A stretch of 64,000 nucleotides of DNA from Flectonema sp. DT1601 (lineage: Eukaryota), in NCBI GenBank assembly GCA_964019425.1, contig OZ025805.1:682001-746000 (forward strand), in the 5' to 3' direction. Below, in pieces: positions 1 to 12,324 of this stretch. Position numbers and translations under genes: made by a program. The notes under the pieces are model-generated. The model was given only the letters and a program-made list of their open reading frames with translations. It was not told the DNA's origin and ran no database searches. The first letter of the stretch is position 1, and every line of letters starts with the position of its first letter.

Positions 1-691
1 AGTCAGGGTCTGATCCTAATAAGCACTTCGCAAATGATCTTAACCGTGATTGGTATCCAACAACTTGGTCTTGTTCAGGTTCGGATAATCTTTCAATACA
101 TCTCTGTAGAACATCGTCAATTCCAAGAGAAAATTTCTCAAGTCGGTTTAAAAACGGAGACGTCAACAGCTTTGATCCCTGATTAACCTCTTCAGCAGTC
201 ACATGAATAATACATTGAAATCTAGTATGAATATGTTTGTATTGCAGTGTCGGTCCAATAGCAACAGCCGAATGATGAACTGTTTCACCCGCACTATTAG
301 TAGCCACAATGTAACATTGATTAAGCATATCAAACAGAGCTGTGTCTAACTTTCTTGTATTCGTCAACCATATAAACTTACCTGCTTCCATTGCCGCAGT
401 GATACTTCCGATTACTGTAACTGGTTGCAATGGATCTTTTGAGGATAAAGCTGAAAGTGATATAACTTTTATATCATGAAACTCATGGATGTTAGCGTGT
501 CGTAGAATCTGGAGTATATTACCATCGGGAGTGTTGTCTGTTATCAGCTTGAACCTAACCCATAAGTCATTTAAGTTTAGATTCCTAGTAGACTGCGAAG
601 CGATACTTCTGTTTGAATCTCCAATAGAAGACAACACGACATCAATGTCGTTACTTAGCAACTCTGACCTGATACTTGTTGTTGAGAAGTT
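1..691 (-). CDS. RNF213-like ATPase, exon 3 (partial, continues beyond window start; absent from the ORF track)
   Basis: Manual translation gives …AAMEAGKFIWLTNTRKLDTALFDMLNQCY…AIGPT…IHTRFQCIIHV…SPFLNRLEKF…. This matches the RNF213 AAA-ring pattern ME.G…LYD.LNQ.Y…H..F…P.LNRLEK. Confidence 0.85.
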
Positions 692-768
692 CTGTTTGTT
701 TATTGTGTGGTGTTGAGTTATTAAGTGGGGAGAGAAGAGGGGGGATTAAAAAAAAAAAAGAAACATAC
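692..768 (-). other. Spliceosomal intron (77 nt, GT-AG)
   Basis: Donor GAG|GTATGT, then poly-T, then acceptor AAACAG|. Splicing keeps the frame (…PSLE|NFSTTSIR…). Confidence 0.85.
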
Positions 769-3700
769 CTCAAGAGACGGATCCTGTGATAGCGTGTCAC
801 CAAAGACAGAAACGACTTCTGAAAATATTTTCTTCTTGCCGTTGAAATTTCGTTGAATGCCAAGTGCCACATCCTGTACAGTAAACATGAGTGGATCCTG
901 ATCTTCAAGACGAGACGTTGATCGTCTTCGTAAGAATCTCATGTAGTGGAACAGATCTCTCAGTCCAAACCACCAACTGTTGTGAGCAGACAGTTGGACT
1001 ATTCGTTGAAATGCTAAACAAGATTGAACTACAACAGAGTGAATGTTACTCGAATCTGACTTCTTACTCCCAACTCCTAGAATCCCAAAACAAATTTGAG
1101 CCAAATCCTCTGGATTCGGATCTTCCAAAGTAATTTCCAAACACCTGTTCGTTATAGCCGGATCAAGAACCTGATTAGTTATTAAAACCGATGCGATCTC
1201 TCCTCCTTCGAGATAGCTGTGGAGGGATTTCAATGCCCATTTTTGAGTACTGGTTGCGAGACCAGCCTCATCAATGAACAACAAGCATCTCTTTGATGAA
1301 TGGCCTAAATGATCATACAGCCGCTGAGCTGCCAATGCCTCTTGGCATTTCCGTCTAACCTCAAGACCACTACTTTGAGACGAGCCTTGATAGATACATA
1401 TTTCTGATATCGAACAAAGCGTATCCCAAAAGGGAGCTCTACCAGTCATGTTAACCTTTAAAATGTTATTCGACAAAGTCTTCGACGTCCCAGGAGGTCC
1501 ACACAATATAACTGCGAGTCTCAGTTCCAGACTGATCATCTGAATAAATAAAATTTCCAACAGGCTCTGATGTCTACAAACAGCCTCTGGTAGATGTAAA
1601 TATTTAGGGTCACAGTAATGGTTTATAGCCTCATTGATGAGGTGGGTAAGGTTGAAAAATGACTTGTCTTTTTTAAAAGGTGAGCATGCATCTTCCTTTT
1701 TATAAGAATCGTTTACGAATTCAGTGAGAGATTCTGAAAATCTGAGTCGATAACGTTGGGGAAGTCGAAAATAAAAACAAACTGAGATTCCGAGAAGCAA
1801 AGCCGATAATGCTCTCAAATGTGTTTTTTCAATGACCGTTTCATCATCGTCTTTAATCGGAAAATTTGAATTCGGAAATCTTTCAAAAAAATATTCAAAA
1901 ACTTTTATGATCCTATTCACATCTCTTTGTGATACCCCTTGTAAACCAGCTTCTTGAAGTAGACCAGTAGCTGCACCATGGGCATGGATGATAATCTTAC
2001 CAAACAGTGATACATAAGCAGGCTGTACGTGATGTCTATATAATACTCTGTTACTCGCAACCAACCTACTGACAAATAACAATTGCAAGTCGGTATTCAG
2101 ATGGTCCCACGGAACGACATGATGAGCTAGTGAAGGAGGTAATTTCTTACCATCGAAAGCCTCACTTGGATTTATCGCACCAACAAATGATATATTCGGA
2201 GGTAAGTTGTCATGAGGCCACGCTGCCCATCTTCTGTCTACTATTATTCTTTTAACCAATCCCAACATGTGGGTAGCATTCAACTCATCGAGCATCACTA
2301 CGAATGAAACAGCTGGACACGAATGAGCTTTAATAAAAGTCGGTTCCAAAGCATCATATAAATCAGAAGCAGTCATTCCATACTTAACCAATACTGATAC
2401 AAAGACAGGAGTATTCACCGTGTTGTCTAGGTATTCTTGTATCACACTCGATAGCTGATCACCGCTTGGATGTCCACCAGGATCACCTGTTGCTAGCATT
2501 GTTAGTAGTTTCTTTGAAGGTAGTAGAATGGGATGTTCTTTAATGTGAGACCGAATGTGTTCTCTTACGAGACTAGTGAGAATCTTTCCATTATTAGGTA
2601 GCAGAGTCATACTTCTACCAACAGCATCTCCAGCCCACTCTAATATAGAATCCTTTCTATGGTCCTTTGCTAATATTTGACACATCAACGAAGAAGTCAT
2701 TTTTCCAACTAGGTTTTCCATTGCTTCAGAACGGATGCTTTTTTCTAAGCAAGCTGTGAGTTGTTGAGAGAGGTATCCTCCACCAATTTTTGATATTTCT
2801 TTTGTAAAAAGATGCAACGCATCTTTTAATACTCCAGCTTTAGTAGTGCAACTTCCACAATCATCTCTGTTGGTTTGGAGAACGATGTCGATGGCCTCTC
2901 TTAGATCTTGACTTTTTGAACGCGCGACAGCTATTTCAGGATTACTTGTTTCATTGCGAATGATTGGACCGATTGTATCCGCAATCGACATGCACAGCAC
3001 TTGAATTGCTACTACGTTTTCATCTTTTCGGAGAACTTTAATACAATCGATCACCGCATCGTATCCAAATCGACACTCCGCATGCCATAAAACGTTTTCT
3101 CTGTCATCCACCATGTCACTAATCCCATTTGGGAATAGGTTCTTTAACTTACTATCATGACGTATAAAATGATATAATGAATACAAAGGAGAAGCACCAG
3201 CCACTCCTAACGGCGCCTGTAGAAACTGTGCGAGTAGGTTCACTGCTGAGGTCTTACCGGTACCAGAAGCGCCAGCCAGAATAATTGGATCACGTAGGGT
3301 AATGTGAGTGTGAATTTGTATTAATTTTTGAAGGTATCCAGATATCAAGATGTACCCAGAATCAACTAACAATTTCATACAAATTTTCGTTCGTATTCCT
3401 ATGACTTCCGCAAGTACAGCAATCAACGTATGAAGTGGCTGAGCAGAACTAACTTCCAACGATCGATGTCTAGGCTGCTGCGTATTGTTCGTCAGCCTTG
3501 TGATGTATTCAAGATAAGAATCAATCGCTAACTTAATCGAGGGAGGCATATCTCCAGATAGCTGAATTCGGATTGTTCTAATGGTGTCTGTTGTTGTTAA
3601 GTGAAAATGATCTTTGAGTTCGGGATAAATTAAATGAGTTGATTCGTGTTTCATGCACTGTGCTACAAGTCGATCGAGATCCGGTTCTCCAAAACCTTTG

Positions 3701-6700
3701 GAGGTGATGTAGGTGTTCCATTTTTTTCGTAAAAATTTTAAAATTCGATTACTGATCCGTGAGGTTCCACGTTTTGAGATTTTTCTTTGGAACTCTTCCA
3801 ACTCATCAGGATTATTAGTATCTGGAACCTCAGACACACCACTCGCAATCATTTTTAATATGTCTAAGTCGTTGTCAGGTAACACCTCCCTACCTCCCCT
3901 TAAAAACTGTAAAACTGGTTCTGGAGCATCTCCGTTTGACGTGATCTCAAACGGAAGTAGTTTTCCACGTTCTGCCAACCCTCTGCATGATGTTAGGACG
4001 TATTCGTCTTTTTGAATATCACCACCGTCCTCAAATTCAACCAACAGGTCCCAATCTGTTGGAGTACAAACACTAACACCAGAAGGACTGCAAAGCTTTC
4101 CAAGAAGAGTTAGTGAGTCGAGGACTACATGAGATAACCATTTAGGAGTGTCACAGGCGACGTTGATAGTTAGGACTCCTGATTTGTAACAAAACGGATT
4201 TAGTAATCTCAAACATATCAGTTCAGTATCAGTGGTGGTGGAATCTAAGTCGAGAATGAATGATATTGGACAGTGGTGTTGGTCTTCTGATTTTTTTAAA
4301 TTTAACATGGCAGTTCTTTTTGCTTCCAACGCAAACGTTTTTCCAGTTCCGTGAGGATGGTCATAGAAAGTCACAGACTGAAATCTAACAAACTTCACGA
4401 GTTGGTCACAACTACTTCTCCGCCACCTAATATCACAAACTCCGGCATCGAGATTAGGAATCGTTTCGTCATCTATTGGACCAGTCACTATCACTAAGAG
4501 TTGCTTATTTTCCTTCCCTTCGTAAAAGTTTTTTTCCGAAGTAGCTGCCTTACTTCTAACCAACCCATACAGTTCCGACGACAATTTCTGCGGTGCAGAT
4601 ATCACCATTCTCCCACACCTTATCGTATCGTACAGTGATAAGAAGCGATATACTTCCATCTCACTTATTCCAGCATAACACTCTAAGTAAGTAGCACTGG
4701 ACAGATACTTATGTGCGGGTCCCGTTGGGTTGAATGTGGTATAGATAAATATTTTTTGATCAACAGGTTTAAGTGAACCGAGTCTTACAACGAATTGTGT
4801 TACCCTCGACGATTGAATGTGTTGGTAAGGAAGTTGAACAGGAAGGTCTTGAGATGAATTCATCGCTGATTTTATAAAATTTAAATTCAATCCACCGTCT
4901 TCGTCATCTCTACATTTGTCATCAATAAACGATCCGAGTCTAGACAATGACAGGTCGGGTTGACCACAACTACAAAGCTCTGTAAACATGGCTTCAATAG
5001 ATTTCTCTGAATCCGAAAAGTTTCTACTAATGCTTCGTAAAATGTGATAAACTGATAACGATGTCGGTGGTTTATTATTGATATTTATAAGTCGTTTTAA
5101 TGCGTATTCAGTATTGCAATGACCTACTACTGAAATGTTATGTCTCACGCGATCGAGTTGTTTTGGTTGACGAGATTCTATACGTGATCCAGATAAAACA
5201 ATTCTATCATCGAATATAAAAGTCGAACCATTTCCAAACCCCCAACACTCACACAGCTGGGGTGCAATTGTTGGAAATCTCGCTTTAAACATCGGATTGT
5301 GAACTCCAGATGTGATGTTTTTATTGTCGTGAATAACCCAACAACCAGTATCTGAATTGCGACACAAAACTAATCGAGTTTTTGAAAAGCTACTCGAAGC
5401 GCAATGATAAGTAACGGATCGATCATCTGATTCTGTCGACATAATAAAAACAATCGAATCAGTTTGAGGAAGTGTAAGTATGATTTCCTTTGGGTATATT
5501 GAAGGAATTTGTTTACTGAATGACAACCATCGTAGCTCATCATCAGTTGGTGGAGTATTAACAGAACAACAACCGCTCGCAGATATAACGTTTCCATTCA
5601 CAGTTGATAACACCCAACGTGAACTAATTTCATCAAATGCTATGACATGTGAATTATTTTCATGAATAAAATATCTATCTGGAAGACTCTCATAGACACC
5701 ATTTGCAGAAGGACTGTACTGAGCACCCTGAATGACAGCACTCGGAGATGCAGATGTCGCTGGGGGTTCATTTTCAACCACAACATGCTCTGGCTCTTCC
5801 ACCAACTCTGGAGAAGCCCTTGCTCGTCCCTGGTTGGCTGAGCTATTTCGAAGCATTGATACCGGGATGTCCAGAAAGACGTTTTCTCTAACACCCGGAA
5901 CGTTTAAAAACGAGACACTAGTCTCTGAATTAGCTAACACGCAACACGGAACTAGTGGACTTCTCAATTTAGGAACGGAAGTGCTGTCAGTCAGAATGGT
6001 GTTGTACACGACTTCGTTGTTCTTACGAATTTCTAAAGAAGGAAGTCCGAGATGAACAATAAAAGTTAAAATATCACCCTGAGCAACACGCTTTTTATTC
6101 ATTGACAGCGAGTGGAGTACTTTACTCTCCCGACTGCTGACGAGAGTGCCGTCAGGACGGAGGAGGATTCCAACAGACGCTGACTGTGGATCCATTTGAC
6201 GATCAAGACGAGTATCAGTTGGGATGAGACCGACGAGACAATCAGCAATCTGTTTTCCCATTATAATAATATCAAATCTGTGTGGACCTGGTCCTTCAAA
6301 GAAGTTATCACCAGTCACCACTGAGTAAGTCCCTGACTCAGATGGTACTCTTGTTGCTGTCTTATTACAATCACTTAACGCTGTTGAGTAATGTCTTCTT
6401 TCTTCTGACCACTGATGGTTATCAACTGTCGGTTTTGCTTGACTCAGTTCTACTTTACATCCTTTTTTTATTAAACAACAAATTGGATGTAGTTTTTGTG
6501 ATGGAACATTCTCAAAACATTGTGGAATTCTAACACCATTGACGTAGAATGAAATAGTCTTTGCGAGTAGGCACCTCTCAACAGTTATAATGTCACCAGA
6601 CTTGACTGCTATAGATGTTTGTATATCAACTCCATTATGACGTAGGATACCTGATCTAAGAAGCCAATAAACAGATGAGTTACTGGTAGTTGCTAAACTA

Positions 6701-8742
6701 GATAATGTTGATAGACTTCCGTGTGCTTGTAAACACTCAGAAGTACACAATCCAGCTCTAAATCCAAAAACATCACCCGTCACTAACACTTGCCATACCA
6801 AACCTTCAGCGGGGGATATCGCTATTGCTCGTTGTTGGTTGTTTGATTTCTGTTTTGGATCAGATTTCTTAGATGATATTCTGATGACCCCATTACCTGA
6901 TGCAGTAATATCAACACCAGAAGTAACAACACTCCAAACCCATGCTGGGATTACTAATAAAGCAATCGGTCGGTTTATTTTAAGTGCCAATGAGAGTAGT
7001 TCTTGTAGAGTACTCGCATCACCACGATCATTGTTTACGCCGATTACTCTCATCCCGGCTTCAAGACCAGCAGCATGCCAAAGAGAATATGGTGTTGTAG
7101 AAACGATGTAAAGATGAGATCCAACTTTTTTATGTTCCAAACCAGTCATGATTCTATTGTCTTCACCAACACCAACAACTAGAGTTGTGTCTCGTGTTGT
7201 TGTTGTGTCAATTTGAGACCAACTTTGAATAGTTATTTCAGAATCATTTGGTAAGACGGTAATCCCATAAGACATCACACTACTATACAGAGGTTCACTC
7301 CAATCAACAGCTTCCCAAGGTCGGTTGTTTTCACCTCTCTTCGCTGAAGACAGTAATATCTCATTCCTGGATGTGTCAAAACAACACCAACCTCCTCCAG
7401 CAAAGTTTGTTTGCGTTAATACAATGGAAGGATTAGCAACGTTTCGATAAACCATTGGACCTGATCTGTATTTTCCAGCGCTATCTCCGAATGATAATCC
7501 GTTAATTGATATCACATTTTGATATGACGAAATATCAACATGAGAACTACTACGACACTTAGTCGTAAGCGGTACGATCCTTTCAGGTAATAGTAAGGAA
7601 TCGCTTACCTCTGAAATAGGACTGATGTGGTCTGCAATGATACCTTTTTCAGCATACAAAACACTATCAATTGCGAGTACTTCTCCAGAAGTCGTATCAG
7701 CACACTCTATTGAAGTATAAACGTCGCGGTAGTATTTCACAAGTCTTGTTAGTTCAGTCGATGATAAGGTTCCCGTGATTGGGTATTTGTTGCAAGCATG
7801 GGCGAATATCTTTTTCCATGATCCATACAGTTTTTGTAATTTTGAAAAATGATGTTCGTGATCCACACCAATATTGTGAGGTATTTTAATTACCGTCGCT
7901 CGATATGATAAATGACCTTCAGCAGCAAGTTGACAAATTGAATTATAACAAAGCAACACATCTCTTGCTTCTGACAAGAAGATAGGAAGTGTTTCCAACA
8001 AGTCTTGATGCAATGCGGCTCTACATATGAGATCTTGATATTGTGATAGAGAGAGTGTGTGATTTTGATTAGCGGTAGACGTCTTGGAAATGTTGAGTGA
8101 GGGAATAGTCACCGAGAGTGTTGGAGTTCCCAATGGAGGGACATCAATGCTAATGAGCGCGCCCGACTCAATTACTTTATCAATTGTTCGTAGAAGCTGA
8201 TCAGTTGACCCATGTTGGTCAGATAATATCTCACGAAGTTCTTGGATCTTATCTTCTTTAGATGTTTCAATTAACATCGTTTCCACTGCCGTTATAAAAT
8301 TATCAGCCCTACTTTTACATGCTCCAACAGCTGTAAGCATTGCTTCCCAAAATTCAGAAAACGTCTTGATCGGGGTTCGAACCACAACATTTCCACCCTC
8401 TTCAAAAAGATCCGACTGTTTTTGTGTTACAGCTAAGACAGGGTTTATATACCCACAGCAATCGAGGAATGATTGAAGTGTGACGTGTTTTGCGTCACCG
8501 TTATTCCACAAGACGCTTGCAACTCCTCGATCTTGTGCTTCTGGATTACACCTAATAAACCTTATTAGGTCAATACAGTTTTCAGCGATGACTTTTAGTA
8601 TACGAAGTACTCTTTGATCACAACCAGTGGTGTGTTTATTTATTAGAATTACGTGGTTTTCAGCATCTTCCAAACTGACTTTTTCAAGTAAGTTGGCGTC
8701 CAGCAGGATTTCGGGGGCTGATTCCCGGAGATTACTTTGTAT
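769..8742 (-). CDS. RNF213/mysterin-like AAA+ ATPase, exon 2 (PDZ-like module, two SPRY-like modules, tandem AAA+ modules)
   Basis: P-loops are PHGTGKT, GASGTGKT and GPPGTSKT, with Walker B motifs VMLDE and LFIDEAGLA. Further RNF213-type motifs occur in the expected order: GAINP, VSQRDVNR, LKSLHSYLE, NQVLDPAITNR, FGLRD, QRNFNG. The family assignment is by recall of RNF213 motifs. Confidence 0.85.
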
Positions 8743-8817
8743 CTGTATTTGGTTTTTGTTGTTGCTGTTGTTTTTTAAAAAATAATTTTATAAAAATTTT
8801 AAAAAAAAATTTCAAAC
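8743..8817 (-). other. Spliceosomal intron (75 nt, GT-AG)
   Basis: On the minus strand it reads GTTTGA...ATACAG with an AT-rich interior. Removing it joins the ORFs in frame (…DLQ|IQSNLRES…), 23 codons upstream of the ORF-track start at 8673. Confidence 0.85.
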
Positions 8818-11800
8818 CTGAAGATCAACGTGGTCAGTGTTAATAAGTAATCGAAATGCTTCCAAATCAGAAACCATACACGAGAGTGGGATCGCTCCGT
8901 TTACAATCAAATTAGTAACTTCAGGACTGATGTCCAGATGTTCTAACAGCGATTGCTCTTCTCGAATAGAAGACAGTTCGCTACTTGAGATTACTTGAGT
9001 GAGGACTTCAAGACACGTACTCTTTGGTGTGAATGATTTAATTCTGTCGGTTGCTCTACTGAGTAGAGATGGAAATTTATGATCGAGAGCGATATCACCT
9101 TCTCGTTCTTTATGAACGATGCTGAATTGATATCTGAGAATAATTGAATCATAATCTAAGATATCTGATAATACTGAAGAGAGTCTAACTGACTCGTCTA
9201 ACATTCTACAAAGTAATACATCTTCTTTACCTCTAATCACAGAGTCTAGGATAGACCCCGCGGATTTAGCTGTTTCGCCGATCTCCCATTTCAGAAGAAG
9301 GTCGTTTATTACTTTCTTTTGTTTCATTAGTTTTTCCAATGCCGCATCAAACATCTTCAAAGCTAAAGAAACACTTTCCTCAAAAGAAGAATCGCAAATT
9401 CGATTCCAGTCGTCTATCCGTTTCAAAATTCTTTGCAAATCCCTCCTGCTTATATTATTGTCTTTTATGTTTTTTCTTATTTGGTTGATCGACTCAGTTG
9501 TTTTGTTGGTGTACCAATCTGGAAGAATAAAATCACCATTTCCATTTCCACACAAAGGAGGAGAATTATACCCAACGACCCTAACAAGACAGTAGTGATG
9601 TGCGATGATCTGCTTTGCTAAGGATGAGTGGAAAAGGTTTGCTGAGTTGAATGATGATTTTGTTTTAAAAATCCAATTATCAAGTTTGATGGTCTCTGAG
9701 AATGACGGATGTTTAAACAACATTTCACAAACTCCATTAAACATTTTGTAAATACCTGGCAGTAGCTGAACTGTTGTTTTCCTCTTTGAGGAATTCGCTC
9801 CAGTTCCTGGAAGCAACTCTTTTATAACAGACGGGGCATTTGATGCTTGAAGGAGAAGACCGATACCTGCGTCTTGAACTCCTCGTGAGTTAGAAATCAT
9901 GTTTGCTATTGCATTATATCCAACATAGTCATTGGGATCTGGACTGATGTCTTGTCTTGGATGTAAAGTTAGTTCTCGTTGAAGAATTGTGCCCCCATCG
10001 TCGATTTCAATGTGGGTTTTTATTTTATTATCAACAGGTATTTCTGTTGTGATTTTAAATGATATTTTTCTTGGAGATTTTGACGGATGAGAGAGAACAA
10101 CAGATCCACTAAAAATAATTTCAGAAATTACTTTTTCAGGTTTGCTGAAATTAGGAGATTCGACTATCGATTCCATCTCACAGGGAATGAAAATATCATC
10201 AAAATCAGTTTCATAAAAATTTTTAATCAAAACATGGGAACGACAGATTTCTTCTTTACAAGAACTACTTTTCGGAGAACCTTCACTTTGACAGCTAAAT
10301 TGATCCACCGATGAGACAAACAATCCAACGACACTCAACGGAAGTTGATCATCAACATTATTATCCTCAACTGAAGCCATCCATAATACATTGGATATAT
10401 CTGGCGTGATGGTCGGTGTGATGGTCGATTGACTCACTCGAACCAACGTCGACTTATCCGATTCTGATAAACGAGTCCAAGACGCATTACAAATATTGCT
10501 TGATGAGGACGACGGTGTTATTTTTATTGTCAAACCATTAAAAGAAATAATAACAATTCCATTCACGTATTCAACTTTACCGACATCCCTGTAACCAGGG
10601 ATCATGTAGTTGTTGCTGCCCAGTAGTATATTAACTTGATATCCGTCGATTTGAATTATTTTCATCTGCTCGTCATTTCCAAAGGGAATCCCAGGAGATG
10701 GACCAGACCACAACCAATTACCATTAAAACTATTTTGAGCTGAATTTCCTATCAATTTGATTAAAGCAGGTTGGCTAGAGTCATCGAACAGATGAGAAGA
10801 CGTTGCCTGTAGAAATTCTAAACATGAAGATGACAGTTCACTGTTTGGAATGATTAATTCTGATTTTAGTAAACCTAAAAATGATATTAATAATCCAACA
10901 CTACCGTAAGATAGATCCGTAAATGTTGACCAGAATCTACACATTTCGGTCACTGACAGTCCGCTAACTGTGATAAGAGAAACGACTCTTCTGTCTAGTA
11001 ATTGAGAAGAATTACATTTCAATAAATATGATAAAAGTTTTTGGGTAAAATTAGGAAATGACTTGTCAGATGTGATTTTAGACATTATCTCACGCAACAA
11101 CGAACAATCATCATCTGAAATTCCGAGTGTCGAGATTCTATTAAACAATCGAACGAGAACTCCAAAACCATTCGATCTTTCATATTGCTGACGTACAAAA
11201 CTTCTAACACGCCATAAACCAGATTCATGACTACATGTCTGCAGGTGTTTATTATCCGCAGCGACTTCGATGTATACATTACCCAGTATTGCACCATACC
11301 AGTATTGCGGATTTATCGAAAAGTCTTCCGGAAAAGGAATATTTCTCATCTCGTCTTCAGTTGCGTGAAAAACCTCAAATTCGCTGTTAACGATAACGCT
11401 GTCGGATTGGTCTCCGTCAGAGAACCTTAACTCTGGATCAGACTGGAATAACTCAGTCGGTGTTCGTATTTGAAGCCAACAACCAATAACAGAATGTAAG
11501 CATCCACCACCTGATCCTAAATTTTCAGACTCAGGCGACTGCTGATAATCAAGAGACGGTGAGTAGTCTTGGTGTAACTTTGCCTGTGAGATAAACTCAC
11601 ACAACACAGGTTGAGACAGGGACGTGACGTATATATGTTCAGCACATTTTTCAATATATTCCTTGTATTGGGATATGTATCCTTCTTTCAACTGGTTTTT
11701 TTTTATAGTTTTTTGAATCTCCTCTGACGATAGCAAAGAACCACCTCTCTGATAGTCTCCTGAGTTGTTAACTACGTCACGGAGAATGGATATGTAGAAT

Positions 11801-12243
11801 TCGGTTGTGTGGTTGGATGGATCTACCTTCACGTTCATGCAACGAACTATTTTATATAAAAATAAATAACTCGAAGGATCTGAATGTGGTATGAGTCTTT
11901 CTGAAAAAATCCAATTTTGAATACAAGAATGAATCACCCCCCCCGACTTTATCGATAATGGTATTGTAATGGGAAGATAGTCTGATGAAGTCAGAAGAGA
12001 AGAAAGAATCGATTGCGTTATTGTATTTAGTTTTTCTGATGATACCCGAGCCTTAAGTGCGTCTCTAAACACCATAGCTGCTAGTATTTGTTTGACATTC
12101 TGAATTGATTTTATTAAGATGATGCTTTCCTTGATGGTCTCCTCATCGAATCGTTCTTCCTCTACAACACCTCGTAGCAGCCGTTCACAGTCATCGGTAA
12201 CTCCGCAATCCAGCTGGCTTCCCAAAAGTATTTTCCATTTCAT
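8818..12243 (-). CDS. Giant RNF213/mysterin-like AAA+ ATPase, coding exon 1 (N-terminal region, 1142 codons)
   Basis: The 1143-aa ORF has an in-frame TAA directly before its ATG. It ends at CAG|GTTTGA (donor at 8817), which splices in phase 0 into the frame of the 721..8673 ORF. Confidence 0.8.
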
Positions 12244-12261
12244 TTATTTTTTGGGGTCGCC

Positions 12262-12324
12262 CTGTGAACAAAATGAAGAATTGAAAAAAAGGGGAAAAAA
12301 AACACCAACCTGAAAGGTACTCAC
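12262..12324 (-). other. Possible 5'-UTR intron of the RNF213-like gene
   Basis: Consensus donor AG|GTGAGT at 12324 and a T-rich tract ending CACAG at 12262, 18 nt upstream of the ATG. There is no transcript support. Confidence 0.35.

Noticed and set aside
489..12313. Short plus-strand and alternative-frame ORFs over the RNF213-like gene (similarly over the cyclase and transposase)
   Set aside because: They are shadow ORFs of long, motif-supported minus-strand genes.
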